DNA of 64,000 bases from an uncultured Verrucomicrobiae bacterium (GTDB lineage: Bacteria; Verrucomicrobiota; Verrucomicrobiia; Palsa-1439). Made by a program: the position numbers and the translations under genes. The notes beneath the pieces are model-generated. The model worked only from the letters and a program-made list of their open reading frames with translations, did no database searches and had not been told where the DNA came from. Of the stretch, positions 20,652-31,805 are shown piece by piece. Positions within the stretch are counted from its first letter, which is position 1, and every line of letters begins with the position of its first letter. Location: positions 160,001-224,000 of the forward strand of contig CAWEWF010000006.1 in NCBI GenBank assembly GCA_963812605.1, written 5' to 3'.

Positions 20652-21507
20652 ATGCTTTTTGAAGTCACGCACGTCACCACCTATCGCTACAGCCGCCCAG
20701 TATTCCTGGAGCCGCACACGCTGCGGTTCCATCCCCGCAGCGATGGCCAACAGCGCGTGAATCGATTTGAACTCTCCGTGGATCCCCGCCCCGAGGTAAT
20801 GACCGAGTGTCTCGACTGCGAGGGAAACGTCGTCACCGAGGTATGGTTCGGCAATCTGACGGACGCCTTCGAAGTCACGGTGACATTTGAAGTCGAAACC
20901 CTGCGCCGCGACCCATTCGACTATCTTCTCTCGCCCGCTGCCGAAAAACTCCCGGTTCAATATCCCAACGAGGACGGTCCCAGTCTTATCCCCTACTTGA
21001 CGAACGCGAGTATCGATGGCTCCGTTGCTGAATTCGCGCAATCCGTGGCCCAACAGACCAAGGGGCAGACCGTCCCGTTCCTCTTCCTCCTTACAAAGCA
21101 AATCCACGATGTTTGCCGCAACGTCATCCGCCTGGATGGCGATCCCCTGCCTGCGGGCGACACGCTGACAGCGCGGCAGGGATCATGCCGCGACCTCACA
21201 GTACTCTTCATGGACGCTTGTCGCACACAGGGCATCGCCGAGCCGGTTCGTGAGCGGCTATCAGGAAGGCGTGTCCGGCCTGTCCGAGCGCGACTTGCAC
21301 GCCTGGGCGGAAGTCTATCTGCCCGGTGGCGGTTGGCGCAGCTATGATCCGACGCTGGGACTTGCGGTGTCCGACCGCCACATCGCCGTCGCGGCCAGCC
21401 GAACGTCGCACGGGGCCGCGCCGATCACCGGCACTTTTCGCGGCACGGAGGCGACTACGCAAATGGCCTCGCGTATCGAGCTTGCCGTGGCCACAACGCC
21501 GTCATGA
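20652..21507 (+). CDS. Transglutaminase-like protein, frameshift near 21243
   Basis: VTHVTTYRYS, GSCRD, then VSGY, LHAWAEVYLPGGGW, DPT (Cys-His-Asp triad). Confidence 0.92.
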
Positions 21508-21606
21508 GCAAATCTCGCCGGTACGCGGCTTTCGGTGTAGGATTTCATTTAGTTGTGCGACCGATTCATCAACAGGTAGAGTTGCACCCTTATTCCAGGA
21601 GGCACG

Positions 21607-22719
21607 ATGAAAGCCATTGCCGTTTTTCCCGCAAAAAAGGAACTCGCCCTGATCTCGCATCCCGAGCCCGCGCTAACGTCACCGACCCAGGCGAAACTGC
21701 GCATGCTCGAAGTTGGCGTCTGCGGCACGGACAAGGAGATTTGCGCTTTCGAATACGGCACGCCGCCACGCGGCTCCGATTATTTGGTCATTGGCCATGA
21801 ATCGCTGGCGGAGGTTATCGAGGTCGGTCCGGGCGTTTCACGAGTTAAACGCGGCGACCTCATCGTGATGATGGTGCGGCGTCCCTGCTCCCACCCGGAG
21901 TGCCAGGCCTGCCGTTTGGACCGACAGGACTTTTGTTACACGGGGGATTTCACGGAGCGCGGCATCAAGGAGCAGCACGGTTTTATGACCGAGCTCATCG
22001 TGGACGAGGAGAAGTACATGAATGTCGTGCCCCGCGAGTTGCGTGATGTGGCGGTACTGGTCGAGCCCTTGACCATCGCGGAAAAAGGGCTGACGCAATT
22101 GTGGCAGGTACAACAGCGGCTGCCGTGGGCTTGTCCCCTGGAACCCGGCAAGCCAACGGCTTATTGTCATCGGGCAGTGGTCTTGGGCGCGGGGCCGGTA
22201 GGCCTGTTAGGGGCGATGGCGCTGGTAAACCAGGGCTTCCAGACATTCGTCTATTCACAAGAACCCAAGCCGAGCCCCAAATCGTCCGTGGTCGAATCGA
22301 TCGGGGCGACATATATTTCGGGCCAAGACACCTCGCTGGAGCAACTCGCGGCGCTGGTCGGCAACATTGACATGGTGTACGAAGCGACGGGGGCGTCGAG
22401 CGTGTCGTTTCAATTGATGGAATTGCTCGGGACGAACGGCGTGTTTCTCTTCACAGGCGTCCCCGGGCGCAAAGGGCCGATCGAGTTGGACGCCGATCTG
22501 ATCATGCGCAATCTTGTTCTCAAGAACCAGGTGGTATTCGGCACGGTCAATGCCAATCGCGAGGCGTTCGAGTCGGCGATTGCCGACCTGGAGGTTTTCA
22601 TGAAAAAATGGCCCCAAGCCGTTCGGGCGCTGATTACCCAACGCTATCCGATGGAGCGATACCAGGATCTGTTGTTGGGCAAAGTCGGCGGAATCAAGAA
22701 TGTCATTTCCATCGGTTGA
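21607..22719 (+). CDS. Zn-dependent glucose 1-dehydrogenase (MDR family)
   Basis: GVCGTDKEI, GHES, VLGAGPVG, GTVNANR. Confidence 0.9.
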   Translation: MKAIAVFPAKKELALISHPEPALTSPTQAKLRMLEVGVCGTDKEICAFEYGTPPRGSDYLVIGHESLAEVIEVGPGVSRVKRGDLIVMMVRRPCSHPECQACRLDRQDFCYTGDFTERGIKEQHGFMTELIVDEEKYMNVVPRELRDVAVLVEPLTIAEKGLTQLWQVQQRLPWACPLEPGKPTAYCHRAVVLGAGPVGLLGAMALVNQGFQTFVYSQEPKPSPKSSVVESIGATYISGQDTSLEQLAALVGNIDMVYEATGASSVSFQLMELLGTNGVFLFTGVPGRKGPIELDADLIMRNLVLKNQVVFGTVNANREAFESAIADLEVFMKKWPQAVRALITQRYPMERYQDLLLGKVGGIKNVISIG

Positions 22720-22737
22720 AGAGGAAAGAAGGAAACG

Positions 22738-25411
22738 ATGACCCAGGAAGAGATCAGGCTCGGCGAGGACAATCGCCGCGAGAAGAACTGGAAGCGATGG
22801 GGACCCTATCTTTCCGAACGGCAGTGGGGCACGGTGCGGGAAGACTACTCCGCGTCGGGCGACTGCTGGGATTATTTCCCACACGATCACGCCCGCAGCC
22901 GGGCTTACCGGTGGGGTGAGGATGGTTTGCTTGGCATTACCGACCGCGAATGCCGCCTTTGCCTGGGACTTGCGTTGTGGAATGGGAAAGACCCGATCCT
23001 GAAGGAGCGCCTGTTTGGCCTGACCAGCCCCGAAGGCAATCACGGCGAGGACGTGAAGGAGTGTTACTTTTACCTCGACTCCACGCCGACGCATTCCTAC
23101 ATGAAGGCGCTCTACAAATATCCCCAAACCGAGTTTCCCTATGCGTGGCTGGTGGAGGAGAACCGCCGCCGCGGCAAGAATGACCCGGAGTTTGAGTTGC
23201 TTGATACCGGCATTTTCAATGACAATCGCTACTTCAACGTCTTCGCCGAGTACGCGAAAGCCGGACCGGACGATGTGCTGATACGGATTACCGCAGCCAA
23301 TCGCGGTCCGGAGACCGCGGCACTGCATCTTCTGCCCACGCTTTGGTATCGCAACACCTGGATTTGGGGCTGCAAACACGATGGTTGTTGGATTAAGCCC
23401 CGCATCGCGGCAGTCAGCGACTCCACGGTCCAGGGCGAGCACGTTAATTTCGGAAAGCACTGGCTGGCCGCAGGACCGGGGCCGGATAACAAGGCTCCCC
23501 AGTTTCTTTTTACGGACAACGAGACCAATACGAAGGAACTTTTTGGCACCGACAATTACACGCCGTTCGTCAAGGATGCCTTCCATGAGTTCGTCGTCCA
23601 CGGCAAGACCGATGCCGTGAACCCCAAACCGGTCGGCACCAAGGTGGCCGCCTATTACAAACTGGAAATCCCCACCGGCCAGGAAGTCGTCCTGCGCCTG
23701 CGCCTGTCCAACCAGCAACTCTCTCCCCAGAAAAATCTGGGCCAGGAGTTCGACGATGTTTTTGCGGCCCGACGGCGCGAGGCGGACGAATTCTACGCCG
23801 CACTCATCCCCGCCAATCTTTCCAGCACCGAAACGAATGTGGTGCGCCAGGCATACGCCGGTTTGCTCTGGAGCAAGCAGTTCTATCACTACATTGTAAA
23901 AGACTGGCTCGAGGGTGATCCCCAGCAGCCGCCTCCGCCCGAAGACCGCAAGTCTGGCCGCAACGCGGACTGGCGGCACCTCTACAGCCGTGACGTCCTT
24001 TCGATGCCCGATACCTGGGAGTATCCCGTGGTTCGCGGCGTGGGACCTCGCGTTCCACATGATCCCCTTCACAAAACTGGATCCGCAGTTTACCAAAGAC
24101 CAACTTGTGCTGCTGTTGCGCGAGTGGTACATGCACCCCAACGGCCAAATTCCCGCCTATGAGTTTGCGTTTGGAGACGTGAACCCGCCCGTGCACGCGT
24201 GGTCGTGCTGGCGAACCTATAAAATGACGGGCGACCGCGGCGAGCGGGATCGCGTCTTCCTCTCGCGCACCTTCCAAAAGCTCGTGATCAACTTCACGTG
24301 GTGGGTCAACCGTAAGGATGCGGAGGGCAAAAACATCTTCGGCGGCGGCTTTCTGGGCCTGGATAACATCGGCGTTTTCGACCGCTCAAAACCGCTGCCC
24401 ACCGGTGGACGCCTTCAACAAGCCGACGGTACGGCATGGATGGCCTTTTTTTGCAACACCATGCTCTCCATCGCACTGGAACTCGCGCAGGATAATCCGG
24501 CAACAGAGGACATGGCGTCCAAGTTCTTTGAGCACTTTGTCGCCATTGCCGACGCGATCAATACCCACGGCGGCACCGGGTTGTGGGATGAGGAAGACGG
24601 GTTCTATTACGACCAGCTATACCTGGACGGAAACACGACCCGTTTGAAAGTCCGTTCGCTGGTGGGATTGATGCCGATCATCGCAGCCGAGGTGATCGAG
24701 GATGAGGTGGTGAAGAAACTCCCGGGTTTCGCGAAACGCCTGCAATGGTTTTTGGACAATCGCCAGGACCTGGGAGAGAACATTTCGTACATGGAATCTG
24801 CTGGCCAGGACAACGTCCATGGACATCGGCTCCTGGCCATCCCATCGCGCGAGCGGCTGGAACGCGTCTTACGATACATGCTGGACGAAAATGAATTCCT
24901 TTCGCCACACGGGATTCGTTCGGTATCCAAATATCACGAGCGCAATCCGTATGTATTCCACGTCAACGGCGAGGAATATCGGGTCGACTATGTGCCGGGC
25001 GAATCCAATTCGGGCTTGTTCGGCGGCAATTCCAACTGGCGGGGTCCCGTCTGGTTTCCCATCAACTATCTGCTCATCGAAGCGTTGGAACGTTACCATC
25101 ACTTCTACGGCAACACGCTGAAAGTAGAGTGCCCGACCGGCTCAGGTCACGCAATGAATCTGCAGGAGGTTGCTGACGAATTACGCGCGCGTCTGGCGCG
25201 CCTCTTCCTGCCGGACGCCGGCGGCCATCGCCCGTGCCACGGCCCCGAGCAACGCTACGCTGCCGACCCCTACTGGAAGGACCTCGTGCTGTTCTACGAA
25301 TACTTCCACGGCGACAATGGCCGCGGTCTCGGCGCCAACCATCAAACGGGTTGGACAGCTCTCGCCGCGCCATGCGTCGAGGATTCCGCCGCCATACGAG
25401 CGAAGAAATAG
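22738..25411 (+). CDS. MGH1-like (GH63-type) glucosidase, frameshift near 24025
   Basis: WGPYLSERQWGTVREDYS, SMPDTWEYP/WFAAWDLAFH, NWRGPVW, GLGANHQTGWT. Confidence 0.92.
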
Positions 25412-25516
25412 TGGTAGTAGAGAACGATGCGAATAGGTACTGAGTTGGTGTAGTGAGAAAGTCGGTACAGGTATTGTTTGAATTTCCCTGCATTGAACAA
25501 CTTCATAGTCGAGTGG

Positions 25517-25873
25517 CTAAATTGCCGGGTGTTGACCGCCGGGCTTATTGCCAAAGCTGCCCCAACCATCGGGATGTCCACCAAACTGTGAGGCGAGTTC
25601 AGCCAGTTCTGCTTGGATCGCGAGAACATTCTCGTACGTAGCGAGCATTCTCGTGGAGCATTCGCAAGTCCACGGAAGCGTACACCCCAGACTCGCGTAC
25701 ATGTTGACTCTGTAACCACGTTTCCAAGCGACATCCGCCAGCGCTTTCGCAACCGCCTCGTCAGGCACGGCGACCTGAAAGCTGATGTACATGGGCTTTG
25801 TCATATCGGAGCCTATGTCAACGAGCCGGCGCAATGCGTCCCCATCGGAGTCGTTTGGAAAGTTGATTGCCAT
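25517..25873 (-). CDS. RraB-like (ribonuclease E inhibitor family) small protein
   Basis: FPNDSDGDALRRL...GSDMTKP...GGHPDGWGSF pattern. Confidence 0.7.
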   Translation of the reverse strand: MAINFPNDSDGDALRRLVDIGSDMTKPMYISFQVAVPDEAVAKALADVAWKRGYRVNMYASLGCTLPWTCECSTRMLATYENVLAIQAELAELASQFGGHPDGWGSFGNKPGGQHPAI

Positions 25874-26006
25874 AGGTGGCCTAAAGACTAACGGAGAATG
25901 TTTTGTTGCCATATCCCACGCCGGGATCGGTCAGCATGAGAGTCGGGCATTCCATCACCCTGATCGGAATCCTCGAATTATTATCAAACTCTACTGATGT
26001 CGGAGA

Positions 26007-29000
26007 CTACACGGCGTGCTTGACGGCGACCGTTACTGACGATGGCTTCTTTGACAGGGTGAACAAGCCCTCGGCTTTTCGCCGCGCTTCTTCCATCTTC
26101 GGGTAACGGATTTCGCGGTAGCCACGAACTTCCTCGACACAGCGCAGGGCCTTCACGTAGCGATCGTAGCCGGCGCGATCTTCGTGGTGGAAGTTTTCAA
26201 CCAGGCCGACGTACCAGTCGCGGAACTCGCGCTCGCGCCGGTGCCAGGCCGGCATGACGCGTCGCAGCCAGCGCAGGTGCTTGAGCAGGTTGAGTTGCCA
26301 CTTCTTCGGGCTCAACTTAAAACGAAAGTCCCGACCGAGGAAATTGAACTCGGGACGGTTCAAGTGGTGATAGATGATCTGGTCGCCCCGTTCCGCATCT
26401 ACATGATAACGGTGCTGATCCCGGCGCGTCTTCTCTTCGCTGGTGAGCAGATGCGCCACATAAATCTCATCCTTGATGACCATCGCCTTGTGCAGATTCC
26501 AGATGACCGCCTTGGTTGCCGCATAATCGAACTGGGCGCTGTCCTTTGCATAAACTTTCTCCACCAGGTCGAGGTAACGCGGGGCGTAGGCGTTCACGCC
26601 GCCGTACTCCAGCAAATCGTACAATCGCCAGACAATGTCGCGCTCCGTCCGTTCCCCGAGGCGAATTGACCCCTCGCTGCGGCGAATAAGCACCTCAAAT
26701 TCGCGCGCCCAATGCTCGCCTGATCGATGGTTGCGCTGCAATACCTCTTTGCGTTCAGCGATAAACTCCTCGTACGTTTCATGCAATTCATGTTCGTGGA
26801 CAAGTTCCGGTTCAAAGACCAGCTTGCGTCCCAGGTGCAGCGCCTTGATGTTGTCGCCCGCGGCCGAGCCCATCGTCTCCCGCAAGCCCCACTCGATGTT
26901 CTCAAGCGACAGGGGCAACAGGCCTTTTTGAAAGGCGATGCCGAGCATGACCACATTCGCGTACAACTTCGTGCCGAAAAAGTATTCGGAGATACCGGCA
27001 ACGTTCAGGCCGAAATACTCGTCCGATTTGGTGTAGCGGCGCAGTGTGTCCTCGAGTTCGGGCACGTTGAAGTCGTCCTTGCCGAGCAGGGTGAGGATCG
27101 TCGGCGTCTTGTAAGCATTCACCACTGCCACGGTGCGCTGTGGACTGCCGATGCGCACATTCCCTTTGGGCGAGAGGCTGCGCGTGGCCTCCAGCGGGTC
27201 GATGCCAAGCAACAAATCAGCCTGTCCGTAAGGAATAATGTTGGAGGTAGCGCTCGCACCCTTCGTAAAAATAATCTGGGAGAATACCCCGCCATTGCGA
27301 ATCGCCAATCCCTTCTTGTCGCAGAACAAAACGTGGTAGCCCTGCTGGAAGCCCGCCCGCACGAGCGTCGCCGTGCTCACGCCAATCCCCTGTCCACCCA
27401 CGCCGGCCAGATAGCAGCGCCAGGCGTCGGAAAAATCGGCGATCCGGGGGAGCGGAATGTCGGCGAGATCAATCGCGTCGATGGGCGCGGGGGGCTTCTG
27501 TTTGCGCAGGACGGTGATTTCCTCGAACGACGGACAGGCGTAAATCTTGGTGCACGCGGTATCGGAAACGCACCACGATAGATCAGTTTGAATCTTCGCG
27601 CCGAACGGTGTCTCGGTGATGGTCAAACCCGGACAACCGGTCGCCAAGGTGCATTCGAGGCAGTACTCGCAGACATCGGGGTTGATGTTGACGAAACGTT
27701 TCTCCGCGAGGAAACCGTGCTCACGAATTTCGCGCCGTTCTTCGCGCGATTCGCGGCGATGAAAGGTAATGCCGCACTCCTTGTCGGCGACAATCACCTT
27801 CACGCCATCGCGCAGGACCGTCTGCTCCAGCATTTTCTTCCACGTCTCACGGTAGGCAGGATTCGCGCGCACCACGTGCACGCCCTGCCCGATCATCGCC
27901 TCAACGATGCCGTCAATGTTCTGCTTGTACGTGTGCTCGCCAACAATGTCCACATCCATGGACGGCGTTGGTTGGTGGCCGGTCATCGCCGTGGTGGCGT
28001 TGTCGAGAATGATGTAGGTAATGTCCTGGCCCTGTTTGAGCGCGTTGGAGATGCCGAGCATCCCACTGTGGAAAAAGGTCGAGTCGCCAAGGAAGACCAC
28101 CTGTTTGTTCGTGATAAATGGGTCGATACCAGCGCCTGTACCGCCGCCCAGGCCCATGCCACTGTAGTTATGCATGAGATCCTTCGTCGGCTCGAACATC
28201 AGCATCGTGTAGCATCCCGTGTCCCCGTGGAAAACCAGGTCCACCGGGCCGCGCTGGTGATGCTGTTTCATGTAGCGCGGGTCGATGAATTGCTTTTTCA
28301 TCTCGATCAACACGCTGGCGCTGTCGCGATGCGGGCAACCGGGGCAAAATGTCGGAGTGCGCAGGGGAATATGGATGTCAAACTTGTCCGTCTCGTGGAT
28401 CAACTCGACAGCGCAGTCGATGCGCTTCTGGTCGATGGCGAGATTTGGGTCGTGAAAGAAGCGCCCCAGTGGCGCGAGTCGTTCGATAAGAATGCTCGGG
28501 TTCAACCCCCGGGTCGCGGGGATCCCCGTCAGCCCGGCTGGGAATTCCTTGCCCCAAACATTTGTACGGTTGGCGGCGGTGCCGTTTTGATTGAGGCGGT
28601 TGATGATTTCAGCGATTTGCTCTTCCATGAAGCCGCGACGCTCTTCGATGACGAAGACGCCGCGCACTTGCCGCGAAAATTCCGCGACCAACTCGGGATC
28701 AACCGGGTAACTGATGCCGAGCTTGAGAATCGGCACTTTGTCCGCGACACCGAGTTCTGCCAGCGCGTGCTCGAGATAGCAGAACCCCAGGCCCGAGGCC
28801 ACGAAACCGATCTCCGCGCGCCAACGCGGGTTCTCGCGGGCATTGACAATCCGGTTTACGCCATTGCGCCGGGCGACCTCACACAAGCGGGCGTTGCGTT
28901 GCGGCAGACCCTCTTCCTTGATCCACGTGCGCGGCGGCAGCAGGACCGTATTTTCCAAATCGATCCGCGTCGTATCGAGTGAGTATTTATTGACGCTGCT

Positions 29001-29600
29001 GATGTCCGGAAAACAATTCGGCCGCACCTGGACGCTGCCACCACCATCCGCCTGGTTGGTGGTGACAATGTAACCGATGAAAAGATTGGCTTCGCGAGAG
29101 AGCTTGAAACCGAGATCGATCCAGTCTTTCAACTCTTGATTGGTGCTGGGTTCCATGACCGGCATGAAAATGTGCTTGCAGAGATAACGCGAGTCGGCGG
29201 GAACCTGGGTCGAATCGCTCCAGGGATCATCGCCGATAATCACCAGCGCGCCGCCTTGGGGATGAGCGCCCGCGAGATTGCCAAGGGCCAGCGCGTCGGC
29301 GGCGACGTGAAGCCCGACCGATTTCATGGCGCACAAGCCACGCAAGGGGCCCATTTGCGAACCGTTAAGCATCGCCGCGCCCAGCGCCTCATTGTTGGCG
29401 ATGGTCGCGCGAATGCCTTTCTGCTTGTAAAGGGGTGCAACCAGCTCCATCGCATCGAAAAAGCCCGCGATGGGTGAGCCGGGGTAACCGGTCAAGAGAT
29501 GGGTGCCGCCTTCGGCTTCAAGAGCGCCCTTGATCAGCAGCTCGTTCCCCGTAAAAACCTCGGCCCCCTCCTCCTTGAGGAATCGTGGATCGACTGTCAT
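26007..29600 (-). CDS. Fused indolepyruvate:ferredoxin oxidoreductase-family protein
   Basis: TGYPGSP, FCPGCPHR, GDTGCY, GDSTFFHSG, AMTGHQ, Cys cluster CEYCLEC, GVGGQG, IKDEIYVAHLL. Confidence 0.92.
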   Translation of the reverse strand: MTVDPRFLKEEGAEVFTGNELLIKGALEAEGGTHLLTGYPGSPIAGFFDAMELVAPLYKQKGIRATIANNEALGAAMLNGSQMGPLRGLCAMKSVGLHVAADALALGNLAGAHPQGGALVIIGDDPWSDSTQVPADSRYLCKHIFMPVMEPSTNQELKDWIDLGFKLSREANLFIGYIVTTNQADGGGSVQVRPNCFPDISSVNKYSLDTTRIDLENTVLLPPRTWIKEEGLPQRNARLCEVARRNGVNRIVNARENPRWRAEIGFVASGLGFCYLEHALAELGVADKVPILKLGISYPVDPELVAEFSRQVRGVFVIEERRGFMEEQIAEIINRLNQNGTAANRTNVWGKEFPAGLTGIPATRGLNPSILIERLAPLGRFFHDPNLAIDQKRIDCAVELIHETDKFDIHIPLRTPTFCPGCPHRDSASVLIEMKKQFIDPRYMKQHHQRGPVDLVFHGDTGCYTMLMFEPTKDLMHNYSGMGLGGGTGAGIDPFITNKQVVFLGDSTFFHSGMLGISNALKQGQDITYIILDNATTAMTGHQPTPSMDVDIVGEHTYKQNIDGIVEAMIGQGVHVVRANPAYRETWKKMLEQTVLRDGVKVIVADKECGITFHRRESREERREIREHGFLAEKRFVNINPDVCEYCLECTLATGCPGLTITETPFGAKIQTDLSWCVSDTACTKIYACPSFEEITVLRKQKPPAPIDAIDLADIPLPRIADFSDAWRCYLAGVGGQGIGVSTATLVRAGFQQGYHVLFCDKKGLAIRNGGVFSQIIFTKGASATSNIIPYGQADLLLGIDPLEATRSLSPKGNVRIGSPQRTVAVVNAYKTPTILTLLGKDDFNVPELEDTLRRYTKSDEYFGLNVAGISEYFFGTKLYANVVMLGIAFQKGLLPLSLENIEWGLRETMGSAAGDNIKALHLGRKLVFEPELVHEHELHETYEEFIAERKEVLQRNHRSGEHWAREFEVLIRRSEGSIRLGERTERDIVWRLYDLLEYGGVNAYAPRYLDLVEKVYAKDSAQFDYAATKAVIWNLHKAMVIKDEIYVAHLLTSEEKTRRDQHRYHVDAERGDQIIYHHLNRPEFNFLGRDFRFKLSPKKWQLNLLKHLRWLRRVMPAWHRREREFRDWYVGLVENFHHEDRAGYDRYVKALRCVEEVRGYREIRYPKMEEARRKAEGLFTLSKKPSSVTVAVKHAV

Positions 29601-29644
29601 GATTTTGTTGTAGCGGGCCGGACGCTACCATAGAATCCTTTTTC

Positions 29645-30139
29645 ATGCAAACCCTTAAAACAGCGGGATGCCTGGCGCTCGCGGCGACGTGTTTCGTCGG
29701 CTGCTCCATGTTTGCCTCGATGCGCAAAAAAACCGACGAAGGGGTAAGCTTGCGCATCCACGAGGAGTCCAGTTCTTCACTTCCGGCCGAGAGCTTCCAG
29801 ACCGTCGAAATCCCGCATACGAACGTGAAACTCTCGATCAGTCCCTTTCCCGCGCTGACCGAAAGGGACGTGCAATCCGCGGAGCTTTACGACACGGCCG
29901 GCGGCAAGGCGATTTTCTTGCGGTTCGATCCCCATGGCACGATCGTGCTCGACGAAATGACTACCCGCGACCGCGGCCAGTACCTGGTGATCTTCCTCAA
30001 CCGACATCCCGTTGGCTCATGGTTGGTGGATCAGCGCATTATCAATGGCCAGTTCCTGGTGGAGGGTGATTTCACCGACGAAGAAGCCCGGAAAGCCGTG
30101 GAAGCGATTAACAAGCTCAGTGAAAAGAATCGTCGATGA
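29645..30139 (+). CDS. Lipoprotein resembling the SecD/F P1 head subdomain
   Basis: Lipobox FVGC; LTERDV, IFLRFDPHG, GDFTDEEARK. Confidence 0.65.
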   Translation: MQTLKTAGCLALAATCFVGCSMFASMRKKTDEGVSLRIHEESSSSLPAESFQTVEIPHTNVKLSISPFPALTERDVQSAELYDTAGGKAIFLRFDPHGTIVLDEMTTRDRGQYLVIFLNRHPVGSWLVDQRIINGQFLVEGDFTDEEARKAVEAINKLSEKNRR

Positions 30140-30388
30140 GTTGGTCGCGACTTTTCCCTCCCCTTATTTTCAGCTTTGTCCTCGCCGTCTCCGCGCGCGC
30201 GCTGGACATCTGTCTGCCCACCGCCAACGACGCGCTGCTGCGGCCTGCCCGTCGTGCAGCGAGTCAATGAAGCCGAACTGGCGCAGGACACTTGCCACGA
30301 ATTCGTGAAGCTCAATTCGCGTGGAAACGGTTGGATGCTGAGCAAGAGCGGACGGGAATGTTTCGACCTTCTGACCTACCCGCCGTAA
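30136..30388 (+). pseudogene. Probable M23 peptidase gene with a large internal deletion
   Basis: Signal peptide + ICLPTANDALL joined out of frame near 30248 to VNEAELAQDTCHEFV...GWMLSKSGRECFDLLTY; both resemble the termini of verrucomicrobial M23 proteins as I recall them. Confidence 0.6.
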
Positions 30389-30416
30389 CAGCCGGGGATC
30401 GCCGCAGCCATGAATT

Positions 30417-30794
30417 TTAGTGCGACGCGCTTGCGGGCAAGCCACGGAACGATCGCAGCGCCTGCGGCAGGTCTTCGAAAAACTCCATCAAGTCACCCAT
30501 CGCGATCAGATTGGCCACATGCTGGATCGTCGGTGCGATCCCGACGCATTTCACGTCGCCGCCGCGGGCCTGCGCCATATGGGCGAAATCCAGGAGTTCC
30601 TTCAATTGCGCACTGCCGATGTAGGTGACACGCGAGCACTCCAGGACGATGCAAGGAGTGACTTCCGCGATCATGCGTCCCAACGTGGCGGACAGATCCG
30701 CGAAGGCCAGCACGTCGATCGCGCCCACCATTTCCACGACCTCGACGCCGGAAACCTGACGCATTTTGATCTGCAATTCGTGCATGGTAGTCAT
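30417..30794 (-). CDS. STAS-domain anti-sigma-factor antagonist
   Basis: GAID, VTYIGSA, ARGGDVK, FFEDLPQAL. Confidence 0.85.
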   Translation of the reverse strand: MTTMHELQIKMRQVSGVEVVEMVGAIDVLAFADLSATLGRMIAEVTPCIVLECSRVTYIGSAQLKELLDFAHMAQARGGDVKCVGIAPTIQHVANLIAMGDLMEFFEDLPQALRSFRGLPASASH

Positions 30795-31250
30795 TGGACG
30801 TACCAAAGCATCGATTGTGCCCTGACGGGAAACCGGGATCTTTTGGCAGCAGACTTGCGAAGGGAGTCCAATTCTGTCAGTCGGGGTGCACGGAACTGGG
30901 CAACCCTTTTCGGCGGAGGCCGGAACAGGCCCCCCGCCGAACCCCAGTTTTGCGATAATTCAAGCCAAGTGCTGCGCAACGCGTGAGTTTGGGCATCACG
31001 ACCACTCCGGAAGACGACCGCATAGCGGGGGATCGACCACAACGCGGCCACTTCCTATACGAACTGCCACAGCACCCGGCTTATGGTACCGCAACCCTTA
31101 AATTGACCGACACGCTTCCCTACGACAAATGCGATGCACGTCGGACAGTTTTGTTCCCCCTTGTTTTTCGTGTTGCAGGTCGACCCAGCATTCGTAAGAA
31201 TCAGCCAGATGTTTCTGTTATTGGAACAATAACCGATTGCTGCGCCTCTT

Positions 31251-31805
31251 ATGGCCACGGACAAACAGAGCCGAGCTTCTCCGGCGATGGATTTTGAATC
31301 GCTGGTGGAGCAGTATTACCGGGGACTATATCAATTCGCATACAATCTCGCGCGCGACGAGGCGGAAGCTGGTGACCTTACCCAGCAAACGTTCCTCATC
31401 TGGGCGCGAAAAGGGCACCAGTTGCGCGACCCATTAAAAGTAAAAACGTGGCTCTTCACCACCTTGCACCGTGAGTTCCTCCAAACACGCCGCAGGCGCG
31501 CGCGCTTCCCGCACTATGAACTGGATGAAGTCGGCGGTGAACTCCCCACCGTCCTGCCCACGATGGTTGACCAACTGGACGCCGCGACCGTGCTTGCCTC
31601 GCTGGCGCAAGTCAGCGAACTCTATCGCGCGCCGCTGGCGCTCTTCTACCTTGAGGATTACTCGTACAAAGAAATCGCCGGGATTCTCAACGTGCCCATT
31701 GGCACCGTCCAGTCACGCATCGCCCGCGGCAAGAGCCAGCTCTATAAAACTCTTGCCGATGGCCAGTCGTCCCCAGCCTCGAGAGTAAAGGAACCCCATG
31801 GATAG
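31251..31805 (+). CDS. ECF sigma-70 factor
   Basis: DLTQQTF, KTWLFT, SYKEIAGILNVPIGTVQSRIARGK. Confidence 0.95.
   Translation: MATDKQSRASPAMDFESLVEQYYRGLYQFAYNLARDEAEAGDLTQQTFLIWARKGHQLRDPLKVKTWLFTTLHREFLQTRRRRARFPHYELDEVGGELPTVLPTMVDQLDAATVLASLAQVSELYRAPLALFYLEDYSYKEIAGILNVPIGTVQSRIARGKSQLYKTLADGQSSPASRVKEPHG

Noticed and set aside
22255-24141. Long antisense ORFs (this 628-aa one, also 27588-28982, 47049-48305, 51863-53116, 58015-59244)
   Set aside because: Shadow frames opposite well-supported high-GC genes, with no motifs of their own
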